From the NCBI GenBank assembly GCA_002189035.1, contig CM007991.1, forward strand, positions 1,984,001 to 2,048,000: 64,000 nt of DNA. Reading direction: 5' to 3'. A program made the translations under genes and the position numbers. The notes beneath the pieces were generated by a model. That model saw nothing but the letters and a program-made list of their open reading frames with translations. It searched no databases and was not told the origin of the DNA. Positions 38,144 to 52,924 of this stretch are shown here, piece by piece. The first letter of the stretch is position 1. Every line of letters starts with the position of its first letter. The stretch is from Utricularia gibba (taxonomy: Eukaryota > Plantae > Magnoliophyta).

Positions 38144-39640
38144 GCTGAATGAGAACCCTGATTCAAAAAGCCAGGAAACAAATGAATGTATCATAATTCC
38201 AAAACTCTGAATGGTCCATACGCAACACACATCAAAGGTATGAAGTACACAACTACACAGAGTTGAAGGGAAACAAGTTCAGAAATTCAGCACATGAGTG
38301 TCTCAAAAGATCTACTAATAACCTGAAGCACCCAATGTAAAAGCACAACAATCAAAATTGAGAGGAATTTCCCAAGGTCAGTTTCTGATCCAGATCTTTT
38401 CTGCATTCGCTGTATATAAAAAACCAGATTACACGATTATCATTCTGCAGCTTTGCAGTATTTTCAACGAGATTCTGTTCATCGCTAAAATAGTAGAATC
38501 TACATAACCAAGGGAAACTGCTTGCCCAGTAGGACCATAAATTTTCAGAAGGGATGTCAACCTTCTAGATCATCAACATGAGATCAGAGTGTGCAAATCT
38601 CTGAACTAGTAAGACAACAACAGAGAAATATTGTGCTCAAAACATAATTTTGCTCTACTCTGATGCAATAAAAGCAACGCCCAGGAAAATATAATCATCA
38701 TCAGAAGAAAAACCACGAAGCACGCAAAACTGCACAAAGAGAACGAGAAAAGCAAGCCGCCAACCTTTTAATCATGAAAAAAACTTCGGGCTCCGCCTTT
38801 GAGATTAGCAACAGGAAAAAAATCGAATAAATTAGAATCCCAACTCCTGCGAAAGCATCAAAGGAAGATCAACATAAACCCTAATCCGTGAAAGCATGAA
38901 AAAACGATCCACTATGAGAGATTAAAAATTCAAGAATCAATAGACAAAACGAACAAAGATTTTGACTTTTTAAGACCCCAGATGCTGCAATCGACAAAAC
39001 AAGCACGATAAAGATCATTCGCGACAAATACTCATCTGTTTTCTAAAAGCATTACCCAGATGAGCGATCCTAAGCCTGGATACAACAGAAATTATGAGGT
39101 AGAACACGGGTTCTTCCTTGATGGACGATCTCTTGCTTTTAGGGAAAAATAATAACAAATATCGCTCAAATGGATTTTATCTACCTCCCTTTTTCAACTG
39201 GTGCACAGTGCTCTGGAAAAATGATGATCCGATCCACCCACCAATTTTGCATATTTCACATCAATGGAGGACTTTATCTGGGTCCATCAGCATTCTCCTA
39301 TCCATCTTACCTAATCTTATTTATTTACCTAAAGCACGAGTGCTGCTAAAATACTTGGGTTCAAAAAATATGAGCTTTGGTATCTTCTCCATTTGTTTAA
39401 ACATATGACTGTGTATGTTGTCCTGAGACTCCTTCAGACGAATAATTGCGGGCAAAATTATGAACTTCGATAGCTTAATTAACAGCTACACATATTATAT
39501 GCACTTGAAATGCATCCTGTCTGTCAAAAGGGAGCAAGCTTACTACTCCACAAACAAAACCAGGAGAGGGCATCCTTGGTCAGTCTACTAGAGCCATATG
39601 GGCTTTTCATGGTTTCTCGAGTCAGAAGAACCATCCTGGT

Positions 39641-40559
39641 TCAGTCATTCGCAACCTCGACCAGCTCATATTCCACCAGTGAGAGATTGTTGTCTTCTTT
39701 CACGATGAATGTGGCTGCTTCAGTGACTTCGACACGACCCCATTTGTCAACTGCCAGCCTCATGCATCCCTTGAACATGCCGATCTTTGCATTTCGAAGC
39801 ACAATGGTTGCCCCAGGCTTCACCAAGTCTACTGAAGAAACAAAAAGAGAAGCATTAGTCGTAATACAATCAGGCACCCAGTATGTTCTTGTTGCTACAT
39901 GGACAATTAATAGCTGATCTCAAATAAAGACACGCCATTTGATACATAAAAACAACTCTCTGAACGTTACTTCAGATTTGCTACCGAGAAAGGAACATCG
40001 ATTTGTTATTGAATAAAAAGATTAAAGAAAAGCATTTTATGCTTTCCTCCAAATCTCACATTCAAATCCAGCAATGAAAGCTTTCAAGCCTAAATAAGCA
40101 GGCAACACAACAATCTCCATATCAAAATCAGCAAGGATACTCCAAGCACAATATACTTATGAGCAACATTAAAAAACCAAAAATGGGAGAATGGTTCGTC
40201 ACCATGAAAACACCAAGACCCATTCCAAGACACCCATAAACACAATAGTGGGTTGCAAAGCGAAGCATGGCCACAAGGAAAATCAGCAACAGTAATGGTA
40301 ACAACAGGGCGAATCAGCGGGTGGACGTACCTTGATCATTACGGGCAGTGAACAGAATGGTGCCTGTCTCGTCCCCGACGAGGCACTCAGCAATGCGGCT
40401 GTTACGGAGGTGGGAGGACGCGGCTGCCCCCTTTTCGAGAACGACATCGGATTTAAGCACCTTGACCACCAGATTGTGACCTTCCGTCTCAGGCTTGAGC
40501 TCTTCCACCTTCACGAAAACGGGCTTCCTCAGAACCCTGTTGCCGTCTCTCGCCGCCAT
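39641..40559 (-). CDS. small OB-fold nucleic-acid-binding protein (At1g23750/At4g28440-like); exons 40559-40330 and 39831-39641
   Basis: LRKPVFVKVEELKPETEGHNLVVKVL, RIAECLVGDETGTILFTARNDQ|VDLVKPGATIVLRNAKI.MFKG.MRLAVDKWGRVE and NNLSLVEYELV. Confidence 0.9.
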
Positions 40560-40924
40560 TGCGCCTTTCGCTTGCTCGAAAGCCACAAAGGAAGATTAAA
40601 GAAAAAGGTAAAGATTCGATATGAAGCCAACCCTAGTGATTGTACATGAGGCTGCCACGAAAGCCAGGCTCAGGCGTAACAGTCCTCTCGTGGCTTACGC
40701 GTTTGCCATTTTGGACCAAAATCACAGTAACCTTAAACATCTGCCTTTTCATTATTATATTCAAATTGAATATTAATTACCATACCATAATTATATTACA
40801 TAATTCAGTCAACTAATTAATTCAAAAAATATTTTTTTATTATTTTATAATATCTTTTATATTATTTTGGACGTGGAGCTCTTGGTATAAATTGTGTAAC
40901 TAGTTACTCCAAATAAGGCTATGT

Positions 40925-41120
40925 AGTAACATCTTCAATGTAAAAAAATTTTCAGAATGTCTCATGAGGACTCTATTGTAATATCTTCAATAAATAGAGT
41001 TTCTATCGTAATATTTTCGATATACAAAATCTTTAGAATACTTCATAACGAAAACTTTATAATAATAATAATATTTTCGATGTGTAAAATTTTTATGATA
41101 TTTCGAAATGAAAACCTTAG
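40925..41120. repeat. degenerate AT-rich tandem repeat (about 55-60 bp units) abutting the truncated DEFL copy
   Basis: Recurring taatattttcgat..aaaat..tta..ata.tt...aa.gaaaac.tta at about 41009 and 41069, with more degenerate taa(c/t)atcttcaat units at about 40925 and 40979. Confidence 0.5.
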
Positions 41121-41291
41121 TTGGTATTTGGTTGACGAGAACAAAGTAAACTGACGCAGGCACAAGGACGTGCAGTAGAATTTGCTGCATTGTCCCGGAT
41201 CGACGACAATCACCCGCTGCGCGATCGCGGCGTCGAAGCACAAGCCCGATAGGATTCCGACGATCATCGCCGCCGCCAGCGTCGCCTTCAT
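41043..41291 (-). pseudogene. truncated defensin-like (DEFL) copy
   Basis: MKATLAAAMIVGILSGLCFDAAIAQRVIVVDPGQCSKFYCTSLC has the same signal peptide and C-x4-C-x3-C as the 42448 gene, then runs into AT-rich sequence with no further Cys. Confidence 0.65.
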
Positions 41292-41649
41292 CACAGCCTC
41301 GTTGTTCTGTCGCTTCAGGTATGTGGTGTGGTCTGTTTTTGAAATCTATCCATTTTTCATTTATCTCACATATATCACGTACAAAAAAATGCATATAAGA
41401 TGTATAGATTTCTCACACCCTCAATATTTTTCAAAAAAATCCCTTGAAGAACACTGCATTCAATTTTGGAATCTGGAGATTGGTAAGTCGAATCACACTT
41501 GTCCTATGTAATTATGATGTATTTGAAAATTTGGAATTAAATCGTGCTCACCGAAAGTGAATTTAATTCTATAGAATTGATGAAAATGAAGGGGTAGTTT
41601 GTATATTTAATTATATATAATATTTGATATTCGAAAATAAAAATGTAAT

Positions 41650-41653
<4 letters not shown>

Positions 41654-41695
<42 letters not shown>
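41654..41695. repeat. (TA)n microsatellite, about 21 units
   Basis: Read directly. Confidence 0.95.
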
Positions 41696-41700
<5 letters not shown>

Positions 41701-42113
41701 TTAATTCACTTTTTCATTTATATATACTGCACACATATTCAAAAAATGAGCATATAATGATTAGCATAGGTATATAATACTGATATAAATATATTAGTTA
41801 ATCAAATAGTTATTTATTTATAAATTTTAATATAAATCTTATATACTTACTATCAAATATATTCTTATTATACAAATTCAAAGAGGTATGTATGTCTTTT
41901 TCATAATTACTACCTCATCTTGAATATTCATATAATAAAATTTATTGGGTGTTACTTCACTTGATTACATTATTAATTAGAAATTGCCAAACTCATAACC
42001 TTTGTTAAAATAGAATATTACAACAAATTATAGTAATAATTTGAATATATTCACAAAATAAGTTTGATTAGGCATCTTCAATGAAGCAGAAATAGCCGTC
42101 CACCATAAAGCTG

Positions 42114-42181
42114 TTATCGCGCAATCGCGTTGTCGAGGCGCCAGCTCGATGAATTCCGGGCGGTATCGGCATCGCCTTCAT
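42114..42181 (-). pseudogene. DEFL signal-peptide relic
   Basis: Minus strand ATGAAGGCGA..GGAATTC-ATCGAGCTGGCGCCTCGACAACGCGATTGCGCGATAA aligns with GGAATCCTATCGGGCTTGTGCTTCGACGCCGCGATCGCGCAG of the 41291 copy; shortened, frameshifted and without a mature peptide. Confidence 0.55.
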
Positions 42182-42447
42182 CGCCGTGCTTGCTGCTTCT
42201 CAGATGTGCGTAAAGTAGTGCGTGTAACAGGAGTGGCGCAAGTTGGATTCAACCCCTTTCGTAGTGCTTCCTATTATGAATTCCTCGTTTTTCTGTCAAC
42301 CATTGGTTCGAATACTGTTGTGGGTGCATTATGGTGTGTGTGTCTGCTGGTATGAGTTCGATGGGGGAAAATGGCGAAGTAGAAGAAAGGCACTACTCGG
42401 CCTCCTAATAACATTATTCACGAAAAGCAACAAAGAGAACACTAGAT

Positions 42448-42687
42448 TCAGTCTGCCCTTGGGTCACACGAGCACACCCTCGCCCCGATCTTCGGATCGT
42501 TGTTGCAGAAGCCAGAGGGGCACTTATACGGGCCGCAGCTCAGCTGTTGGCACATTGCTTTACAAACTGTGTCGACGCAAAACTGGGGGCGAATCTGGAT
42601 CGTCCATCCCGCCATCGCCGTCCCGCAGTTCAAACTCAGTAGGAGCCCTAGGATCACCACCACCGCTACCGCCGCCGTCGCCTTCAT
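42448..42687 (-). CDS. secreted 8-Cys defensin-like peptide (DEFL), intronless, 79 aa
   Basis: Hydrophobic signal peptide, CxxxC, GxC (SGFC) and CxC motifs; TATA box CTATAAAT at 42756-42763 (minus strand). Confidence 0.85.
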   Translation of the reverse strand: MKATAAVAVVVILGLLLSLNCGTAMAGWTIQIRPQFCVDTVCKAMCQQLSCGPYKCPSGFCNNDPKIGARVCSCDPRAD

Positions 42688-43209
42688 CGTCTTCAGTGAT
42701 TCAGACAGAGAGATTCTTTGTGTGCTGTAAACTTCCTCCGGTGGGGGTGTTGGGGATTTATAGAGAGGCTGAGTGGTTTTTAGCGCGTTATAATATCTTT
42801 CTCCTTGTTTCTTAAAGCGTTAAATGGAAAGTGAATCAGATGAATGCAAAAACGAACAAAACTTTAAACCATAGAATCCATGCCCATAAGCGTGTTGCTC
42901 TAAAAAGGGTAACTATGAGCAATGAATTTTGCATAGCGAAAGGGAACCTTTCAAGAAAATGAGATTAGGGATTAGTTTCTAAGTAACTGCATTAAATGAT
43001 CGAGAAGAACCAGTGATTTTCTTCTTCTTTTTTCCAATTAGGGTTTGGTCCGAATATTTGAAGTATATTGTCTGGAAATCGATCATGGAGCGTCTGAAAA
43101 AGGAAAGAGTTTATTCGCACACCACAGTTCAACATTATATCAAAGGGAATGTAAGAAAGACAGCACACTGATAAGTGATACACGATCACGTGTTCTTGAG
43201 ACCCTCGGC

Positions 43210-45883
<2,674 letters not shown>

Positions 45884-47788
45884 ATCCAGTGATCTTCTCC
45901 TCCGCAATGGGATGGATGAAGCACTTCACCTCCCTCTATTTATAGTGTGATGCAGCACTAGGAATCGGATTTTCGCTTGGCCACGAAGGTAAACACCCCG
46001 AATCATATGTCTTGTCGTCTCCTTCTTTTGCATGCTTCATGCTTAGCTTAGGTAGTTGTGAAACCTAGTCATCCCTTTTGCTTTTCTACTAAATGCATGA
46101 AGGGCGCTATGTTTGTTCATGGAGCTGCCTTGTGCTCTCTCTCCTTCTGTGAGCTTTTAGCCAGTACTGTCGATAGATGTTTGATCCAGTGATGCTCATG
46201 TGTTAGCAGTCACGTTATTGCCGAAGTCAGATTGTGCAGAATGAGTGCAACTGGCGAAGTATCCTTAAAAGAACGTGGTCTGAAACAGGCCAGAGAAAAG
46301 AGAAAGCTAAAGCCATAACCTCAGTACAGTACGAAAAAGGGTTTCTGTGAGAACGTTTTATTTAATGTATTTTATATTTTTTATTTTAAATAATAATATT
46401 CTCAAATTAAATATTCTACTATATTTTAATTTATAATTCATATTTGATATGTTTTTTTCATTTAAAATGCCATTATTTTTATAAATATAATTTTTTACTA
46501 AATTATTATGATTCATAATTATGAAGTGGTAGAGTTTTCCCAAAAGGGAATTTTTTTAGCTTAACATTTTGAAGGAATATTAAAATATTGTATTAAAAGT
46601 ATGTTAAAAATTAAAGATAATGTTTAATTTTAATTAAATTATACTTTAATGATCCCAAGTACTATGGGCGTCTATCGGGCCAGACCAATAGGAGAAATCA
46701 CGCCCTAAAAATGCCTAGTAACATGGATATCGCGTTGGGCCGGCTCATGGGAAAGCTATTACTTGGGCCTTTGTGAAGTGGGCCGAAGGAACAACACCAG
46801 ATTTCATACGTCTGGGTTAGATGAGATGCGCGTCTTTCTTCCTCCGTTGGGCGGGAGTATTTTCGCCTTATGCAGACCTCAAGGCTATCTGTTGTGCGAT
46901 TCCTCCCATTTCCTCATTCAAGAATTTCGGGATTTTTCTACCGTATCTTCATCCTCTAATCTCTTTTATAGAGGTCCGCCTTTCTTCTTCCTCGACATTG
47001 TAGGGTTTGTTCATGTGCTTATTGCTTATCCCCATTTTTTTTTATTCTGGGGTTTATAGGATTGCATGCCTGTTTTTCCAGTGGAAATGGGTGGTTCTTA
47101 TCGACTTTCGATGGTTGGTTCGCTGGGAAGAAGCCAGATTCCGCTGCCAAGAGAGCTCTCCAGGCGGAAATCTGGAATCAAGACCCGCATGAGAAAGGTT
47201 GCTGTTTTTTTAAGGTTTTAGTTCGGCGGACTTTCCCAGAACTGTGGCTCAGTCCAAATTTCTGAGCGTAACTGGTAAAGTATGAGTAAGTATGGTTCAA
47301 ATACAGAAGTAATCTTGATGCCTGGAGTGATGAAAGGGTGTAACTGCGACATGAATGAAGAGTTCATGCTGGTTTCTGATGAACGCAGCGTAACTTGAAG
47401 AAGTAGTTGCATGTGCAGTTGAAGGCAATGGATATTGCAAAGGGATCATTGTGAGTGTGCAGGGTGGACATCTCTATCTGTCTTCTTAGCTTTATGGCGA
47501 TCCAATGGGCTTGTCTTTTGAAGAGTACGTCATGCCAGTGAGCAGAGAAGTTGAATTTGGAATTGCTCCTCATAAGCCAGTTTCATGTGATTCAGGTTCT
47601 TGATCACCTGGTTTTGTAATCAAGTCTTCTCCTTTTCTCTTAACTTGGATCACTCCAGAAGCTTCTTTTGGAGATTAACGTATCAAAGGAAAAGCTGGGA
47701 GACAAAAGCAAAAGGGATGAAAGCTAACTGAGTCTTGATTCTAGAAAACCAGTACAAATTGCTTGGCGTACTCTCGAAGTATTCATCC

Positions 47789-48902
47789 ATGGCGACTTTG
47801 TTCTGCTCTCTTGTGTTTACAGTTCTGATCTGCCATCATGCTTTGACGGCAGCCGCAGGGAAAGTACCATGCCGGAATACTTGCGGTTCGTTTAAGGTCA
47901 ACTACCCCATCGGCGTGGATGACGGCTGTGGCAGCCCCCTTCTACGCCGAATTTTCACATGCTCTGACTCAGGCGAGTTTCATCTCCGGACCCCCTCCGG
48001 CAATTACGCCGTCATCAATGTCAGCTACACGGATCCTCATATCCTCCTCATGGATCCGTTCACGTGGCGGTGCAACGGCGGTGGTGTGGGGAGAAATACC
48101 GCTGTGCCGTTCAGTCTGGATACGAGCACTCCCCTGCATCTCTCTACCCTGAACGACTACCTTTTCTTTAATTGCAGCGATAAGGAGGTGATTATGGAAC
48201 CGAAGAAGATCTTCTGCCGGCGGTTCCCGGAGCAATGCGATTCGATCTGCGACACGGGGAGTTATCTCTGCCGGAATTTACCGGATTGCGGCGGCGTGGT
48301 GATCGATGCGTCGTGCTGCGCGTATTTTCCAGATGGAAGTGAGTCTCTGAGGATGATGCTGAGGCATTGCAGTGGGTACGCAGGGGTTTACTGGAGAAAT
48401 ATTGCGGCGGAGTTCCAGGAACCGGAATACGGAATCAGGGTCGATTTTGATATTCCAGCGACGGAGGCGTGCAGCCGTTGCCAGAACTCCGGCGGAAGCT
48501 GTGGGTTCGACGTGGCCACTTACGATTTCTTATGCTTCTGTAGCAACAAAAACACAACTACACACTGCGAAGGTATCGCTTAATAATTAATACCACCCAT
48601 TTTTTCCTCCAACAAATGAGCTGACATATTTTATGCCTGGTTTCCGGGAGCTAAGACCACGGCGGTTTCCAACACCGCCAGGCGGTTGTTGCCGGTAAGT
48701 GATCCGATGCTTCCCAGCTCCAACTTCCAACACTGAAAAGTGTGCACTAACCTCCTCTGCGCTTCCTGTCCCAGGGGCCGTGGCTGGGGTCTCCGTCGCC
48801 GGAGCATTTGCCGGTGCCGCAGTTTGGTATCTGAAAAAACTTAAACCCGGAGCCGGCGCCGTTAGTCATGGAGTTCAAAGCAACGAGAACCGCCTCTTTT
48901 GA
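47789..48902 (+). CDS. WAK-type galacturonan-binding (GUB_WAK) membrane protein without a kinase domain (At5g50290/At3g17350-like); exons 47789-48572, 48656-48694+1 and 48775-48902
   Basis: Signal peptide, CRNTCGSFKVNYPIGVDDGCG, LRTPSGNY, YGIRVDFDIP..CSRCQNSGGSCGFD, a transmembrane segment and the C-terminus HGVQSNENRLF*. Confidence 0.88.
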
Positions 48903-49194
48903 CAGACAAACCCATTACACCATTTTTGTTTGTTCTTCTCTTTCTTTTTCACCCACCGCAGCAGCAGTCGTGGGTTTCATTTATTCTCATGAACAAGAAC
49001 AACAAAAGAATTCGAAGCCTACAACCCAATCCCAATACCAACAAAAAAAAAAAAAAAACTCATCTAGTGAAATGAAAGCATGCACATTTGCACCCCAGTA
49101 CAGAGGCCCCTCATCTTCCCTCGCATCAGCTTACTCCTGGACCCTGGTGTGCTCGTTTTGGGCTCTGTTCAAGTAAATGATCTCGGTAGAGAAT

Positions 49195-51366
49195 TCATGG
49201 ATTTGGTTCCAGAGTGTTTGGTGAATCCCAGGAGACTTGTATCTTTGACCATTTGGTGAACTTGGACAGCAGCAGAAGTCCTGTTGTCTGAGCTGCAAGC
49301 CCACAGATCAGCCCCATCCACAGCCCCTGATTCATGCAGTTCAAGGTTACCATCAATGCATTCCAATGCAGTTCAATGAATGGCTGCTAACAAGTTAGCA
49401 GTCCCAGTTATGGTTTCTTGAATGGTACCTTGGCATAGAGTTGAAGCTTGAAGCCAAGAACAGTTGCAATAGGCATCCCGATGAGGTAGAACGTTGCTAG
49501 ATTGATGTAGACCACCATATGCTGCCACCCGCAGCCTCTGGCGACGCCTGAAGAACACCAGAGTAGGCAGTGAGTGTCATCAGAAATGATTCCATGGTGA
49601 CGAGTCACGGGAGTTTCATTCGCGAACCTGATAATATCCCTTGGACAAAATCGCATGAGATGGACAAAACCAACAGTGGAGTCATTGTCCCAAATGCGTG
49701 GATGATAGTGGGGCTACTGCTGAAAGATGCTGCCCATAGAACATGGCCAAAGGAAAGAGCCAAAATGATGACAAGCGCAAGTAGAACAGTTAGCTTGAGG
49801 CTGACTGCCATGGCCCATTTTGCCACGTCAGGTTGTCCGGCTCCCAACGCATTTGAAACTCTTGTGCTGTGAAAATCCATGGAAGAAACAACATCCTGAG
49901 ATGGAATGACTTCCAAGAATCAAAGAGAAATTAGGCTTTGTACCTTGCTGCAGCACTCAGTCCATATGCAAACATGTATGCAATGGCTTCTGTATTGACA
50001 CTGTTTAGAGTAGCGTTTCTGAGTCAAAATAGAGCCAGATATGTGAATTAAAGTTCAGTTGGAGAGCAAGTTCTTACCACATTGCGATGAGGGAAGTTGT
50101 TATTTCCGGGTTCGGCATCAGCCCCGCCAATATAACAAGACCCTCAAAAGCCCAGTACTCCAGGCTGATAAAACATGCCAAAAACATGTGCTTAGTACTG
50201 AAATATTACCAGCAATCAGAGTTAACTAGCAGGTTGTGCTTACCACACCATGGCAGCAGAAGGCAAAGCCAACTTCAAGTTTGTAAACACATGGGAAAAG
50301 GACTCGGAAGTGAGGCCCTCCCATGTTCCTCTTAATTTATCTGCCTTGATAACATATGCAACTAGCAGCAACACTGAGATCCACAATGAAATAGACACTG
50401 CCAATGGAGCTCCGCAGTATCCTAATGTGGTATAGTTAACTAAAAGATATGCAATCCCAACGTGCAAAGCAAGAGAAATCACGGAGAAGACAACCATTGG
50501 AAAAACAACAGACTGTGCCTGCAGAAACCTCAAGATGTTTTGCAAGAGTCCATATGCAAGCAACCCTGGGATGAGGTACTTGAGATATAGACCAGCCTGA
50601 TTTGCTATTTGAGGATCTTGATGCAAAGCTACAAGAATAATATCCGAAAACCACCAGATAACGGATACAATGACGCTGAAGATGAGAGTTATGATGCAAG
50701 AAGCTTGAAGATACACTCCTAACATCCTATACATTTTTGCGCCAAATCCTTGTCCACACAGCGTCTCGAGTGCTCCACTCAAGCCAACCTGTATCAGAAG
50801 GAGAACAAATTCTAAAAAGAAAGCATTCATAAAAAAGCTATTCATTGATCAGTCAATTCACCACAAGGTGAAGAACTACTAACTTGTTTTAATGCTAATG
50901 CTACGATCTCATAGTTTAAACTTTCAAATAAGTGATTCTCAGCAGGCGGCAGTTGTTGAATCCATAGAAAAACCAGAGCTTTACATCAAATCGGTACAAA
51001 ACTCTCAACCATATTATCATACCTTAAGAGTTTCCCTATAGAAAGTAGACACTACCCAAACAAGATAAATCCAAGCATGGTGTAAATTTGCAGATGGAAA
51101 TTTACCATGAACGTAAGTCCGGAAACAGAAGCCCATGAATTTGCAAGATTTGAGCCAGCGAGCTCAAGATCTCCGAGGTGACCAGCAAACATAACCGAGA
51201 CCAAAGGGATGAAATAGTAAGTAACGTTGGTTATAATCGAGGGTAGCGCCAGCAGTATCTGCACCTTAGCTTCCTCCACATCAATAACTCTGCTCAGCCA
51301 CCTCTCCGACGCCCCCTTCTCCAGCAGCGCCTGCCTCTCCCCTTCTCCACCGCCATCCGATGCCAT
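49195..51366 (-). CDS. MATE/DETOXIFICATION efflux transporter (DTX18/19-like)
   Basis: [49 protein letters not shown]|[38 protein letters not shown] and GLWMGLICG. Confidence 0.93.
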
Positions 51367-52246
51367 ATGCTCTTTTCTAAAAAGAATATATGTGCAAGAA
51401 CGAAGCTTGGTTAGCAACTCAACATTATATAGCACCACTGATCCTCCTTAAGAGCTATCTCCAATAGGTCCGTTACGGTGTCAGCATTCAGCAACCAGTC
51501 AAGTTTAACCATAACTCAAGTTTGCTTTTGCTACTACTGTCTTATGCGACGGAAAAAGTGACTTCTAGCTTGTAGATAGTTTATTCAACTAGCGACAGTT
51601 CCAAAGACAACAATTCCAGCTTCCACAAAAACGTAAATGGGTATGCATATCTCATGCAAAACGTGGTGTATGCATTTTTTGAAAGGTTTGAGTTCTCATT
51701 CTTCCCAGTCATTTGGATTAGGTGTAGAATTAAAAAATGGATCTTGATTTCTTATCCAATGTCATTGGTCGGGCTTTTGACTTTCATTTACACAAAAAAA
51801 GAAAATCATGCCAACCCCGAAATTTTATTAGAGGACAAAACCCACGTGTCAAATTTCCGAAAAAAGAAAGCGTCAATGGGAATGCATATGGTTGCAGAAG
51901 ATATGGTTTGAAGCCTTACGAAAAATCTGCGTGATTAAGGTTAACTGGATAAGCAGGGGAATAAAAACAATGGAGAAGTTAAGTTGGAGGAGACCTGAAG
52001 CCAGGAGAAAAACGCGGGTTCTGGTCTTGCTCATGATTCGCCGTCCAATCACCGGAAAACCCGCTTCGCCGCCCCCATCAACAGGCCCTCTTCTTATTCG
52101 TCGTCGCATTCAAAAATGGCAGACCAAGAAACATTGCCTTCTCTCTTTTTCAACCAGGCTGCGAAGAAGAACCAGAAACCCAGTAGCCAACCCAACAAAG
52201 AAAAGGATTTAATCGCAAAACAGAAACGCCCGTTTTATTCTTCGAA

Positions 52247-52567
52247 ATGGCTTTCCGGCTAGGACTTGTATTTCTGATGCTGCTTTTTTTAATGGCCGCC
52301 GCCTCAGTGGCTCAGCCAGTAGACGGCCATGGCCTAGTAGCAGACTCCTTGGAATTATACGAGGTGTTGATGATGGACACCGAATCCGCTCGCAGACAGC
52401 TCGCCGCCGGCCGAGGCGGTTACATAAGTTACGGTGCACTGCAAAAGGATCGGGTCCCCTGCAACGCCCGGGGTCGATCCTATTACAACTGCCGCGGCCA
52501 TGAGAAAGCGAACCCCTACTCCCGTGGATGCACCATTGCCACCAGATGCGCCCGGAACAACCACTGA
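52247..52567 (+). CDS. RALF: RALF peptide precursor
   Basis: Signal peptide, RRQL (S1P site), YISYGAL, VPC..GRSYYNC and ANPYSRGC..TRCAR. Confidence 0.95.
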   Translation: MAFRLGLVFLMLLFLMAAASVAQPVDGHGLVADSLELYEVLMMDTESARRQLAAGRGGYISYGALQKDRVPCNARGRSYYNCRGHEKANPYSRGCTIATRCARNNH

Positions 52568-52924
52568 AGCCGCCGCCGCACCAAATGTATCTACATTTTG
52601 TTTTCCAGTTTCCTGTTACATTCATATGTATCTGCATGGCCCCGTGCCGTTGTTCTTAAATACGAAATGCATTGTTTATTTTGTAAAGCTCTCTCTGTGG
52701 GATAACATACGCCGTCTACTTTGATAAAAAAACTACTGACATCATATGGCTTTACGTTCTGAAAAACCACACTGTGCTGCAAGTTACATTCAGAAATCGC
52801 TACAAACAAATGAAGCAAAGTAATGCACCTGAGAAAGTGCAGGGTTCTTGGTTTCTGTTGCAAGAAGATGAGCTGGAGAAGAGGACTTCTCTCTGGCTGG
52901 ATGCGTGTTGGAAACGAGTATTGG

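Noticed and set aside
41654-41695. (TA)21 tract as a possible transposon footprint or recombination site for the DEFL array
   Set aside because: An ordinary microsatellite with no terminal repeats or target-site duplication visible.
42228-42268. B-box-like GGTTGAATCC (minus strand) between the DEFL copies
   Set aside because: No matching A-box or tRNA-like fold, so no support for a SINE.
8705-43046. Scattered AAACCCTA/TAGGGTTT words as interstitial telomere or telomerase-RNA template
   Set aside because: All are single units near 5' ends of genes (telo-boxes) or isolated; none has a USE-TATA promoter or tandem array.
47327-47379. GTGATGA..CTGA box C/D pair
   Set aside because: Only about 53 nt, no terminal stem and no recognisable antisense element.
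48645-48780. Apparent frameshift in the WAK-like gene's last exons
   Set aside because: It disappears when the TAAG acceptor at 48655 is used (CE|DHGGFQHRQAVVA|GAVAG), so it is not counted among the deletions.
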